From Eledone cirrhosa (lineage: Eukaryota): 64,000 bases of DNA. Positions 42,901-57,599 of this stretch are shown here, piece by piece. The position numbers and the translations under genes are program-made. Location of the stretch: NCBI GenBank assembly GCA_964016885.1, contig OZ024740.1:23808001-23872000 (forward strand). The letters run 5' to 3'. Numbering within the stretch: the stretch's first letter is position 1; every line of letters begins with the position of its first letter. The notes under the pieces are model-generated. The model worked only from the letters and a program-made list of their open reading frames with translations. It searched no databases and was not told the origin of the DNA.

Positions 42901-43780
42901 GTGAAGGAAGCTGATTTAACCAACAGACCTACTGGTAGTTACAACAAAATGGCTGACATATATAGCTTGTGTAGCTAGAGAAGGAAGCTGACTCAACCAA
43001 CAGACCAACTGGTATTTACAACAACATGGCTGACATTTATATCTTGTGTAACTAGATAATGAAGCTGAGTCAGCCAACAGACCTACTAGTAGTTACAACA
43101 ACATGGCTGACATATATAGCTTGTGTAGCTAGAGAAGGCAGCTGAGTCAACCAACAGACCAACTGGTAGTTACAACAACATGGCTGACATATATATCTTG
43201 TGTAGCTAGAGACAGAAGCTGAGTCAACCAACAGACCAACTGGTAGTTACAACAACATGGCTGACATATATAGTTTATGTGGCTAGAGAAGGAAGTTGAG
43301 TCAACCAACAGACCAACTGGTAGTTACAACAACATGGCTGACATATATATCTTGTGTAGCTAGAGAAGGAAGCTGAGTCAGTCACCAGACCAACTAGTAG
43401 TTACAACAACATGGCTGACATATATAGCTTGTGTAGCTAGAGAAGGAAGCTGAGTCAACCAACAGACCAACTGGTAGTTACAACAACATGGCTGACATAT
43501 ATATCTTGTGTAGCTAGAGAAGGAAGCTGAGTCAACCAACAGACCAACTGGTAGTAACAACAACATGGCTGACATTTATATCTTGAGTAGCTAGAGAATG
43601 AAGCTGAGTCAGCCAACAGACCTACTAGTAGTTACAACAACATGGCTGACATATATAGCTTGTGTAGCTAGACAAGGAAGCTGAGTCAACCAACAGACCA
43701 ACTGGTAGTTACAACAACATGGCTGACATATATAGCTTCTGTAGCTAGAGAAGGAAGCTAAGTCAACCAACAGACCAACT
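39960..43780 (+). repeat. Block of about 1.4 kb repeated at a 31-monomer offset (2387 bp)
   Basis: GTAACTAGA at 40661/43048 and GAGACAGAA at 40822/43209. The ORF-track pair 40991/43378 has the same offset, 2387 = 31x77. Confidence 0.85.
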
Positions 43781-45700
43781 GGTATTTACAACAACATGGC
43801 TGACATATATAGCTTCTGTAGCTAGAGAAGGAAGCTGAGTCTACCAACAGACCAATTGGTAGTTACAACAACATGGCTGACATTTATATCTTGTGTAGCT
43901 AGAGAAGGAAGCTGAGTCAACCAACAGACCAACTAGTAGTTACAACAACATGGCTGACATTTATATCTTGTGTAGCTAGATAATGAAGCTGAGTCAGCCA
44001 ACAGACCTACTAGTAGTTACAACAACATGGCTGACATATATAGCTTGTGTAGCTAGAGAAGGCAGCTGAGTCAACCAACAGACCAACTGGTAGTTACAAC
44101 AACATGGCTGACATATATATCTTGTGTAGCTAGAGAAGGAAGCTGAGTCAGTCACCAGACCAACTAGTAGTTACAACAACATGGCTGACATATATATATC
44201 ATGTGTAGCTTGTGAAGGAAGCTGATTTAACCAACAGACCTACTGGTAGTTACAACAAAATGGCTGACATATATAGCTTGTGTAGCTAGAGAAGGAAGCT
44301 GACTCAACCAACAGACCAACTGGTATTTACAACAACATGGCTGACATTTATATCTTGTGTAGCTAGATAATGAAGCTGAGTCAGCCAACAGACCTACTAG
44401 TAGTTACAACAACATGGCTGACATATATAGCTTGTGTAGCTAAAGAAGGAAGCTGAGTCAACCAACAGACCAACTGGTAGTTACAACAACATGGCTGACA
44501 TATATATCTTGTGTAGCTAGAGAAGGAAGCTGAGTCAACCAACAGACCAACTGGTAGTAACAACAACATGGCTGACATTTATATCTTGAGTAGCTAGAGA
44601 ATGAAGCTGAGTCAGCCAACAGACCTACTAGTAGTTACAACAACATGGCTGACATATATAGCTTGTGTAGCTAGACAAGGAAGCTGAGTCAACCAACAGA
44701 CCAACTGGTAGTTACAACAACATGGCTGACATATATAGCTTCTGTAGCTAGAGAAGGAAGCTAAGTCAACCAACAGACCAACTGGTATTTACAACAACAT
44801 GGCTGACATATATAGCTTCTGTAGCTAGAGAAGGAAGCTGAGTCTACCAACAGACCAATTGGTAGTTACAACAACATGGCTGACATTTATATCTTGTGTA
44901 GCTAGAGAAGGAAGCTGAGTCAACCAACAGACCAACTAGTAGTTACAACAACATGGCTGACATTTATATCTTGTGTAGCTAGATAATGAAGCTGAGTCAG
45001 CCAACAGACCTACTAGTAGTTACAACAACATGGCTGACATATATAGCTTGTGTAGCTAGAGAAGGCAGCTGAGTCAACCAACAGACCAACTGGTAGTTAC
45101 AACAACATGGCTGACATATATATCTTGTGTAGCTAGAGAAGGAAGCTGAGTCAGTCACCAGACCAACTAGTAGTTACAACAACATGGCTGACATATATAT
45201 ATCATGTGTAGCTTGTGAAGGAAGCTGATTTAACCAACAGACCTACTGGTAGTTACAACAAAATGGCTGACATATATAGCTTGTGTAGCTAGAGAAGGAA
45301 GCTGACTCAACCAACAGACCAACTGGTATTTACAACAACATGGCTGACATTTATATCTTGTGTAGCTAGATAATGAAGCTGAGTCAGCCAACAGACCTAC
45401 TAGTAGTTACAACAACATGGCTGACATATATAGCTTGTGTAGCTAAAGAAGGAAGCTGAGTCAACCAACAGACCAACTGGTAGTTACAACAACATGGCTG
45501 ACATATATATCTTGTGTAGCTAGAGAAGGAAGCTGAGTCAACCAACAGACCAACTGGTAGTAACAACAACATGGCTGACATTTATATCTTGAGTAGCTAG
45601 AGAATGAAGCTGAGTCAGCCAACAGACCTACTAGTAGTTACAACAACATGGCTGACATATATAGCTTGTGTAGCTAGACAAGGAAGCTGAGTCAACCAAC
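43445..45700 (+). repeat. 13-monomer (1003 bp) tandem higher-order duplication, about 2.2 copies
   Basis: TAAAGAAGG at 44441/45444. ORF-track left ends 43378, 44381 and 45384 are each 1003 = 13x77+2 apart. Confidence 0.88.
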
Positions 45701-48700
45701 AGACCAACTGGAAGTTACAACAACATGGCTGACATATATAGCTTGTGTAGCTAGAGAAGGAAGCTAAGTCAACCAACAGACCAACTGGTAGTTACAACAT
45801 CATGGCTGACATGTATAGCTTCTGTAGCTAGAGAAGGAAGCTGAGTCAAGCAACAGACCAACTGGTAGTTACAACAACATGGCTGACATATATATCTTGT
45901 GTAGTTAGAGAAGGAAGCTGAGTCAACCAACAGACCAACTGGTAGTAACAACAACATGGCTGACATTTATATCTTGAGTAGCTAGAGAATGAAGCTGAGT
46001 CAGCCAACAGACCTGCTAGTAGTTACAACAACATGGCTGACATATATAGCTTGTGTAGCTAGAGAAGGAAGCTGAGTCAACCAACAGACCAACTGGTAGT
46101 TACAACAACATGGCTGATATATATAGCTTGTGTAGCTTGAGAAGGAAGCTGAGTCAAGCAACAGACCAACTGGTAGTTACAACAACATGGCAGACATATA
46201 TATCTTGTGTAGCTTGTGAAGGAAGCTGATTTAACCAACAGACCTACTGGTAGTTACAACAACATGGCTGACATATATAGCTTGTGTAGCTAGAGAAGGA
46301 AGCTGACTCAACCAACAGACCAACTGGTATTTACAACAACATGGCTGACATATATAGCTTCTGTAGCTAGAGAAGGAAGCTGAGTCTACCAACAGACCAA
46401 TTGGTAGTTACAACAACATGGCTGACATTTATATCTTGTGTAGCTAGAGAAGGAAGCTGTGTCAACCAACAGACCAACTGGTAGTTACAACAACATGGCT
46501 GACATATATATCTTGTGTAGCTAGAGAAGGAAGCTGAGTCAGTCACCAGACCAACTAGTAGTTACAACAACATGGCTGACATATATATAGTTTCTGTAGC
46601 TAGAGAAGGAAGCTGAGTCTACCAACAGACCAACTGGTAGTTACAACAACATGGCTGATATATATAGCTTGTGTAGCTTGAGAAGGAAGCTGAGTCAAGC
46701 AACAGACCAACTGGTAGTTACAACAATATGGCTGACATATATAGCTTATGTAGCTAGAGAAGGAAGCTGAGTCAACCAACAGACCAACTGGTAGTAACAA
46801 CAACATGGCTGACATTTATATCTTGAGTAGCTAGAGAATGAAGCTGAGTCAGCCAACAGACCTACTAGTAGATACAACAACATGGCTGACATATATAGCT
46901 TGTGTAGCTAGAGAAGGCAGCTGAGTCAACCAACAGACCAACTGGTAGTTACAACAACATGGCTGACATATATATCTTGTGTAGCTAGAGAAAGAAGCTG
47001 AGTCAACCAACAGACCAACTGGTAGTTACAACAACATGGCTGACATTTATATCTTGTGTAGCTAGAGAATGAAGCTGAGTCAGCCAACAGACCTACTAGC
47101 AGTTACAACAACATGGCAGACATATATAGCTTGTGTAGCTAGAGAAGGCAGCTGAGTCAACCAACAGAACAACTGGTAGTTACAACAACATGGCTGATAT
47201 ATATAGCTTGTGTAGCTAGAGAAGGAAGATGAGTCAGTCAACAGACCAACTAGTAGTTACAACAACATGGCTGACATATATAGCTTGTGTAGCTAGAGAA
47301 GGAAGCTGAGTCAAGCAACAGACCAACTGGTAGTTACAACAACATGGCTGACATATATATCTTGTGTAGCTAGTGAAGGAAGCTGATTTAACCAACAGAC
47401 CTACTGGTAGTTACAACAAAATGGCTGACATATATAGCTTGTGTAGCTAGAGAAGGAAGCTGACTCAACCAACAGACCAACTGGTATTTACAACAACATG
47501 GCTGACATATATAGCTTCTGTAGCTAGAGAAGGAAGCTGAGTCTACCAACAGACCAATTGGTAGTTACAACAACATGGCTGACATTTATATATTGTGTAG
47601 CTAGAGAAGGAAGCTGAGTCAACCAACAGACCAACTGGTAGTTACAACAACATGGCTGACATATATATCTTGTGTAGCTAGAGAAAGATGCTGAGTCAAC
47701 CAACAGACCAACTGGTAGTTACAACAACATGGCTGACATTTATATCTTGAGTAGCTAGAGAATGAAGCTGAGTCAGCCAACAGACCTACTAGTAGTTACA
47801 ACAACATGGCTGACATATATAGCTTGTGTAGCTAGACAAGGAAGCTGAGTCAACCAACAGCCCAACTGGTAGTTACAACAACATGGCTGACATATATAGC
47901 TTCTGTAGCTAGAGAAGGAAGATAAGTCAACCAACAGACCAACTGGTAGTTACAACAACATGGCTGACATGTATAGCTTGTGTAGCTAGAGAAGGCAGCT
48001 GACTCAGCCAACAGACCAAATAGTAGTTACAACAACATGGCTGACATATATATAGTTTCTGTAGCTAGAGAAGGAATCTGAATCAACCAACAGACCAACT
48101 GGTAGTTACAACAATATGGCTGACATATATAGCTTATGTAGCTAGAGAAGGAAGCTGAGTCAACCAACAGACCAACTGGTAGTAACAACAACATGGCTGA
48201 CATTTATATCTTGAGTAGCTAGAGAATGAAGCTGAGTCAGCCAACAGACCTACTAGTAGTTACAACAACATGGCTGACATATATAGCTTGTGTAGCTAGA
48301 GAAGGAAGCTGAGTCAACCAACAGACCAACTGGTAGTTACAACAACATGGCTGATATATATAGCTTGTGTAGCTTGAGAAGGAAGCTGAGTCAAACAACA
48401 GACCAACTGGTAGTTACAACAACATGGCTGACATATATATCTTGTGTAGCTTGTGAAGGAAGCTGATTTAACCAACAGACCTACTGGTAGTTACAACAAA
48501 ATGGCTGACATATATAGCTTGAGTAGCTAGAGAATGAAGCTGAGTCAGCCAACAGACCTACTAGTAGTTACAACAACATGGCTGACATATATAGCTTGTG
48601 TAGCTAGACAAGGAAGCTGAGTCAACCAACAGACCAACTGGAAGTTACAACAACATGGCTGACATATATAGCTTCTGTAGCTAGAGAAGGAAGCTAAGTC

Positions 48701-49560
48701 AACCAACAGACCAACTGGTAGTTACAACATCATGGCTGACATGTATAGCTTCTGTAGCTAGAGAAGGAAGCTGAGTCAAGCAACAGACCAACTGGTAGTT
48801 ACAACAACATGGCTGACATATATATCTTGTGTAGTTAGAGAAGGAAGCTGAGTCAACCAACAGACCAACTGGTAGTAACAACAACATGGCTGACATTTAT
48901 ATCTTGAGTAGCTAGAGAATGAAGCTGAGTCAGCCAACAGACCTACTAGTAGATACAACAACATGGCTGACATATATAGCTTGTGTAGCTAGAGAAGGAA
49001 GCTGAGTCAACCAACAGACCAACTGGTAGTTACAACAACATGGCTGATATATATAGCTTGTGTAGCTTGAGAAGGAAGCTGAGTCAAACAACAGACCAAC
49101 TGGTAGTTACAACAACATGGCAGACATATATATCTTGTGTAGCTTGTGAAGGAAGCTGATTTAACCAACAGACCTACTGGTAGTTACAACAAAATGGCTG
49201 ACATATATAGCTTGTGTAGCTAGAGAAGGAAGCTGACTCAACCAACAGACCAACTGGTATTTACAACAACATGGCTGACATATATAGCTTCTGTAGCTAG
49301 AGAAGGAAGCTGAGTCTACCAACAGACCAATTGGTAGTTACAACAACATGGCTGATATTTATATCTTGAGTAGCTAGAGAAGGAAGCTGTGTCAACCAAC
49401 AGACCAACTGGTAGTTACAACAACATGGCTGACATATATATCTTGTGTAGCTAGAGAAGGAAGCTGAGTCAGTCACCAGACCAACTAGTAGTTACAACAA
49501 CATGGCTGACATATATATAGTTTCTGTAGCTAGAGAAGGAATCTGAATCAACCAACAGAC
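45600..49560 (+). repeat. Block repeated at a 38-monomer offset (2930 bp)
   Basis: The GAAGTTAC variant is at 45711/48641, with ACATCATGG in the next monomer of both. The ORF pair 45769/48699 has offset 2930 = 38x77+4. Confidence 0.75.
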
Positions 49561-51099
49561 CAACTGGTAGTTACAACAATATGGCTGACATATATAGCTT
49601 ATGTAGCTAGAGAAGGAAGCTGAGTCAACCAACAGACCAACTGGTAGTAACAACAACATGGCTGACATTTATATCTTGAGTAGCTAGAGAATGAAGCTGA
49701 GTCAGCCAACAGACCTACTAGTAGATACAACAACATGGCTGACATATATAGCTTGTGTAGCTAGAGAAGGAAGCTGAGTCAACCAACAGACCAACTGGTA
49801 GTTACAACAACATGGCTGATATATATAGCTTGTGTAGCTTGAGAAGGAAGCTGAGTCAAACAACAGACCAACTGGTAGTTACAACAACATGGCTGACATA
49901 TATATCTTGTGTAGCTTGTGAAGGAAGCTGATTTAACCAACAGACCTACTGGTAGTTACAACAAAATGGCTGACATATATAGCTTGTGTAGCTAGAGAAG
50001 GAAGCTGACTCAACCAACAGACCAACTGGTATTTACAACAACATGGCTGACATTTATATCTTGTGTAGCTAGATAATGAAGCTGAGTCAGCCAACAGACC
50101 TACTAGTAGTTACAACAACATGGCTGACATATATAGCTTGTGTAGCTAGAGAAGGCAGCTGAGTCAACCAACAGACCAACTGGTAGTTACAACAACATGG
50201 CTGACATATATATCTTGTGTAGCTAGAGAAAGAAGCTGAGTCAACCAACAGACCAACTGGTAGTTACAACAACATGGCTGACATTTATATCTTGTGTAGC
50301 TAGAGAATGAAGCTGAGTCAGCCAACAGACCTACTAGCAGTTACAACAACATGGCAGACATATATAGCTTGTGTAGCTAGAGAAGGCAGCTGAGTCAACC
50401 AACAGAACAACTGGTAGTTACAACAACATGGCTGATATATATAGCTTGTGTAGCTAGAGAAGGAAGATGAGTCAGTCAACAGACCAACTGGTAGTTACAA
50501 CAACATGGCTGACATATATAGCTTGTGTAGCTAGAGAAGGAAGCTGAGTCAAGCAACAGACCAACTGGTAGTTACAACAACATGGCTGACATATATATCT
50601 TGTGTAGCTGGTGAAGGAAGCTGATTTAACCAACAGACCTACTGGTAGTTACAACAAAATGGTTGACATATATAGCTTGTGTAGCTAGAGAAGGAAGCTG
50701 AGTCTACCAACAGACCAATTGGTAGTTACAACAACATGGCTGACATTTATATCTTGTGTAGCTAGAGAAGGAAGCTGAGTCAACCAACAGACCAACTGGT
50801 AGTTACAACAACATGGCTGACATATATATCTTGTGTAGCTAGAGAAAGATGCTGAGTCAACCAACAGACCAACTGGTTGTTACAACAACATGGCTGACAT
50901 TTATATCTTGAGTAGCTAGAGAATGAAGCTGAGTCAGCCAACAGACCTACTAGTAGTTACAACAACATGGCTGACATATATAGCTTGTGTAGCTAGACAA
51001 GGAAGCTGAGTCAACCAACAGCCCAACTGGTAGTTACAACAACATGGCTGACATATATAGCTTCTGTAGCTAGAGAAGGAAGATAAGTCAACCAACAGA

Positions 51100-54000
51100 C
51101 CAACTGGTAGTTACAACAACATGGCTGACATGTATAGCTTGTGTAGCTAGAGAAGGCAGCTGACTCAGCCAACAGACCAAATAGTAGTTACAACAACATG
51201 GCTGAAATGTATAGCTTGTGTAGCTAGAGAAGGCAGCTGAATCAGCCAACAGACCAACTAGTAGTTACAACAACATGGCTGACATATATAGCTTGTGTAG
51301 CTAGAGAAGGCAGCTGACTCAGCCAACAGACCAACTAGTAGTTACAACAACATGGCTGACATATATAGCTTGTGTAGCTAGAGAAGGCAGCTGAGTCAAC
51401 CAACAGAACAACTGGTAGTTACAACAACATGACTGACATATATAGCTTGTGTAGCTAGAGAAGGAAGCTGAGTCAGTCAACAGACCAACTGGTAGTTACA
51501 ACAACATGGCTGACATATATAGCTTGTGTAGCTAGAGAAGGAAGCTGAGTCAACCAACAGACCTACTGGTAGTTACAACAACATGGCTGACATATATAAC
51601 TTGTGTAGCTAGAGAATGAAGATGAGTCAACCAACAGACCAACTGGTAGTTACAACAACATGGCTGACATATATAGTTTATGTAGCTAGAGAAGGAAGTT
51701 GAGTCAACCAACAGACCAACTGGTAGTTACAACAACATGGCTGACATATATATCTTGTGTAGCTAGAGAAGGAAGCTGAGTCAGTCACCCGACCAACTAG
51801 TAGTTACAACAACATGGCTGACATATATATATCATGTGTAGCTAGAGAATGAATCTGAATCAACCAACAGACCAACTGGTAGTTACAACAATATGGCTGA
51901 CATATATAGCTTATGTAGCTAGAGAAGGAAGCTGAGTCAACCAACAGACCAACTGGTAGTTGCAACAACATGGCTGACATATATATCTTGTGTAGCTAGA
52001 GAAGGAAGCTGAGTCAACCAACAGACCAACTGGTAGTAACAACAACATGGCTGACATTTATATCTTGAGTAGCTAGAGAATGAAGCTGAGTCAGCCAACA
52101 GACCTACTAGTAGTTACAACAACATGGCTGACATATATAGCTTGTGTAGCTAGACAAGGAAGCTGAGTCAACCAACAGAGCAACTGGTAGTTACAACAAC
52201 ATGGCTGACATATATAGCTTCTGTAGCTAGAGAAGGAAGCTAAGTCAACCAACAGACCAACTGGTAGTTACAACAACATGGCTGACATGTATAGCTTCTG
52301 TAGCTAGAGAAGGAAGCTGAGTCAAGCAACAGACCAACTGGTAGTTACAACAACATGGCTGACATATATATCTTGTGTAGTTAGAGAAGGAAGCTGAGTC
52401 AACCAACAGACCAACTGGTAGTAACAACAACATGGCTGACATTTACATCTTGAGTAGCTAGAGAATGAAGCTGAGTCAGCCAACAGACCTGGCTGACATA
52501 TATAGTTTATGTAGCTAGAGAAGGAAGTTGAGTCAAACAACAGACCAACTGGTAGTTACAACAACATGGCTGACATATATATCTTGTGTAGCTTGTGAAG
52601 GAAGCTGATTTAACCAACAGACATACTGGTAGTTACAACAAAATGGCTGACATATATAGCTTGTGTAGCTAGAGAAGGAAGCTGCCTCAACCAACAGACC
52701 AACTGGTATTTACAACAACATGGCTGACATATATAGCTTCTGTAGCTAGAGAAGGAAGCTGAGTCTACCAACAGACCAATTGGTAGTTACAACAACATGG
52801 CTGACATTTATATCTTGTGTAGCTAGAGAAGGAAGTTGAGTCAACCAACAGACCAACTGGTAGTTACAACAACATGGCTGACATATATATCTTGTGTAGC
52901 TAGAGAAGGAAGCTGAGTCAACCAACAGAACAACTGGTAGTTACAACAACATGACTGACATATATAGCTTGTGTAGATAGAGAAGGAAGCTGAGTCAGTC
53001 AACAGACCAACTGGTAGTTACAACAACATGGCTGACATATATAGCTTGTGTAGCTAGAGAAGGAAGCTGAGTCAACCAACAGACCAACTGGTAGTTACAA
53101 CAACATGGCTGACATATATAGTTTATGTAGCTAGAGAAGGAAGTTGAGTCAACCAACAGACCAACTGCTAGTTACAACAACATGGCTGACATGTATAGCT
53201 TGTGTAGCTAGAGAAGGCAGCTGACTCAGCCAACAGACCAAATAGTAGTTACAACAACATGGCTGAAATGTATAGCTTGTGTAGCTAGAGAAGGCAGCTG
53301 AATCAGCCAACAGACCAACTAGTAGTTACAACAACATGGCTGACATATATAGCTTGTGTAGCTAGAGAAGGCAGCTGACTCAGCCAACAGACCAACTAGT
53401 AGTTACAACAACATGGCTGACATATATAGCTTGTGTAGCTAGAGAAGGCAGCTGAGTCAACCAACAGAACAACTGGTAGTTACAACAACATGACTGACAT
53501 ATATAGCTTGTGTAGCTAGAGAAGGAAGCTGAGTCAGTCAACAGACCAACTGGTAGTTACAACAACATGGCTGACATATATAGCTTGTGTAGCTAGAGAA
53601 GGAAGCTGAGTCAACCAACAGACCTACTGGTAGTTACAACAACATGGCTGACATATATAACTTGTGTAGCTAGAGAATGAAGCTGAGTCAACCAACAGAC
53701 CAACTGGTAGTTACAACAACATGGCTGACATATATAGTTTATGTAGCTAGAGAAGGAAGTTGAGTCAACCAACAGACCAACTGGTAGTTACAACAACATG
53801 GCTGACATATATATCTTGTGTAGCTAGAGAAGGAAGCTGAGTCAGTCACCCGACCAACTAGTAGTTACAACAACATGGCTGACATATATATATCATGTGT
53901 AGCTAGAGAATGAATCTGAATCAACCAACAGACCAACTGGTAGTTACAACAATATGGCTGACATATATAGCTTATGTAGCTAGAGAAGGAAGCTGAGTCA

Positions 54001-55250
54001 ACCAACAGACCAACTGGTAGTTGCAACAACATGGCTGACATATATATCTTGTGTAGCTAGAGAAGGAAGCTGAGTCAACCAACAGACCAACTGGTAGTAA
54101 CAACAACATGGCTGACATTTATATCTTGAGTAGCTAGAGAATGAAGCTGAGTCAGTAAACAGACCTACTAGTAGTTACAACAACATGGCTGACATATATA
54201 GCTTGTGTAGCTAGACAAGGAAGCTGAGTCAACCAACAGAGCAACTGGTAGTTACAACAACATGGCTGACATATATAGCTTCTGTAGCTAGAGAAGGAAG
54301 CTAAGTCAACCAACAGACCAACTGGTAGTTACAACAACATGGCTGACATGTATAGCTTCTGTAGCTAGAGAAGGAAGCTGAGTCAAGCAACAGACCAACT
54401 GGTAGTTACAACAACATGGCTGACATATATATCTTGTGTAGTTAGAGAAGGAAGCTGAGTCAACCAACAGACCAACTGGTAGTAACAACAACATGGCTGA
54501 CATTTACATCTTGAGTAGCTAGAGAATGAAGCTGAGTCAGCCAACAGACCTGGCTGACATATATAGTTTATGTAGCTAGAGAAGGAAGTTGAGTCAAACA
54601 ACAGACCAACTGGTAGTTACAACAACATGGCTGACATATATATCTTGTGTAGCTTGTGAAGGAAGCTGATTTAACCAACAGACATACTGGTAGTTACAAC
54701 AAAATGGCTGACATATATAGCTTGTGTAGCTAGAGAAGGAAGCTGCCTCAACCAACAGACCAACTGGTATTTACAACAACATGGCTGACATATATAGCTT
54801 CTGTAGCTAGAGAAGGAAGCTGAGTCTACCAACAGACCAATTGGTAGTTACAACAACATGGCTGACATTTATATCTTGTGTAGCTAGAGAAGGAAGTTGA
54901 GTCAACCAACAGACCAACTGGTAGTTACAACAACATGGCTGACATATATATCTTGTGTAGCTAGAGAAGGAAGCTGAGTCAACCAACAGAACAACTGGTA
55001 GTTACAACAACATGACTGACATATATAGCTTGTGTAGATAGAGAAGGAAGCTGAGTCAGTCAACAGACCAACTGGTAGTTACAACAACATGGCTGACATA
55101 TATAGCTTGTGTAGCTAGAGAAGGAAGCTGAGTCAACCAACAGACCAACTGGTAGTTACAACAACATGGCTGACATATATAGTTTATGTAGCTAGAGAAG
55201 GAAGTTGAGTCAACCAACAGACCAACTGCTAGTTACAACAACATGGCTGA
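51100..55250 (+). repeat. 27-monomer (2061 bp) tandem duplication carrying a 57-bp deleted monomer; a partial third copy lies at a 17-monomer offset
   Basis: GCTGAAATG at 51201/53262, ACCAACTGCT at 53160/55221 and the deletion junction at 52490/54551 (offset 2061 = 27x77+2-20). GCTGCCTCA at 52681, 54742 and 56053 (last offset 1311 = 17x77+2). Confidence 0.9.
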
Positions 55251-57599
55251 CATATATATCTTGTGTAGCTAGAGAAGAAAGCTGAGTCAGTCACCAGACC
55301 AACTAGTAGTTACAACAACATGGCTGACATATATATATCATGTGTAGCTAGAGAAGGAATCTGAATCAACCAACAGACCAACTGGTAGTTACAACAATAT
55401 GGCTGACATATATAGCTTATGTAGCTAGAGAAGGAAGCTGAGTCAACCAACAGACCAACTGGTAGTTACAACAACATGGCTGACATATATATCTTGTGTA
55501 GCTAGAGAAGGAAGCTGAGTCAACCAACAGACCAACTGGTAGTAACAACAACATGGCTGACATTTATATCTTGAGTAGCTAGAGAATGAAGCTGAGTCAG
55601 CCAACAGACCTACTAGTAGTTACAACAACATGGCTGACATATATACCTTGTGTAGCTAGACAAAGAAGCTGAGTCAACCAACAGACCAACTGGTAGTTAC
55701 AACAACATGGCTGACATATATAGCTTCTGTAGCTAGAGAAGGAAGCTAAGTCAACCAACAGACCAACTGGTAGTTACAACAACATGGCTGACATATATAT
55801 CTTGTGTAGTTAGAGAAGGAAGCTGAGTCAACCAACAGACCAACTGGTAGTTACAACAACATGGCTGATATATATAGCTTGTGTAGCTTGAGAAGGAAGC
55901 TGAGTCAAACAACAGACCAACTGGTAGTTACAACAACATGGCTGACATATATATCTTGTGTAGCTTGTGAAGGAAGCTGATTTAACCAACAGACATACTG
56001 GTAGTTACAACAAAATGGCTGACATATATAGCTTGTGTAGCTAGAGAAGGAAGCTGCCTCAACCAACAGACCAACTGGTATTTACAACAACATGGCTGAC
56101 ATATATAGCTTCTGTAGCTAGAGAAGGAAGCTGAGTCTACCAACAGACCAATTGGTAGTTACAACAACATGGCTGACATTTATATCTTGTGTAGCTAGAG
56201 AAGGAAGTTGAGTCAACCAACAGACCAACTGGTAGTTACAACAACATGGCTGACATATATATCTTGTGTAGCTAGAGAAGGAAGCTGAGTCAACCAACAG
56301 AACAACTGGTAGTTACAACAACATGACTGACATATATAGCTTGTGTAGATAGAGAAGGAAGCTGAGTCAGTCAACAGACCAACTGGTAGTTACAACAACA
56401 TGGCTGACATATATAGCTTGTGTAGCTAGAGAAGGAAGCTGAGTAAACCAACAGACCAACTGGTAGTTACAACAACATGGCTGACATATATAGTTTATGT
56501 AGCTAGAGAAGGAAGTTGAGTCAACCAACAGACCAACTGCTAGTTACAACAACATGGCTGACATATATATCTTGTGTAGCTAGAGAAGGAAGCTGAGTCA
56601 GTCACCAGACCAACTAGTAGTTACAACAACATGGCTGACATATATATATCATGTGTAGCTAGAGAAGGAAGCTGAGTCAACCAACAGACCAACTGGTAGT
56701 TACAACAACATGGCTGACATATATATCTTGTGTAGCTAGAGAAGGAAGCTGAGTCAACCAACAGACCAACTGGTAGTAACAACAACATGGCTGACATTTA
56801 TATCTTGAGTAGCTAGAGAATGAAGCTGAGTCAGCCAACAGACCTACTAGTAGTTACAACAACATGGCTGACATGTATAGCTTGTGTAGCTAGAGAAGGA
56901 AGCTGAGTCAACCAACAGACCTACTGGTAGTTACAACAACATGGCTGACATATATAACTTGTGTAGCTAGAGAATGAAGCTGAGTCAACCAACAGACCAA
57001 CTGGTAGTTACAACAACATGGCTGACATATATAGTTTATGTCGCTAGAGAAGGAAGTTGAGTCAACCAACAGACCAACTGGTAGTTACAACAACATGGCT
57101 GACATATATATCTTGTGTAGCTAGAGAAGGAAGCTGAGTCAACCAACAGACCAACTGGTAGTAACAACAACATGGCTGACATTTATATCTTGAGTAGCTA
57201 GAGAATGAAGCTGAGTCAGACAACAGACCTACTAGTAGTTACAACAACATGGCTGACATATATAGCTTGTGTAGCTAGACAAGGAAGCTGAGTCAACCAA
57301 CAGACCAACTGGTAGTTACAACAACATGGCTGACATATATAGCTTCTGTAGCTAGAGAAGGAAGCTAAGTCAACCAACAGACCAACTGGTAGTTACAACA
57401 ACATGGCTGACATGTATAGCTTCTGTAGCTAGAGAAGGAAGCTGAGTCAAGCAACAGACCAACTGGTAGTTACAACAACATGGCTGACATATATATCTTG
57501 TGTAGTTAGAGAGGGAAGCTGAGTCAACCAACAGACCAACTGGTAGTAACAACAACATGGCTGACATTTATATCTTGAGTAGCTAGAGAATGAAGCTGA

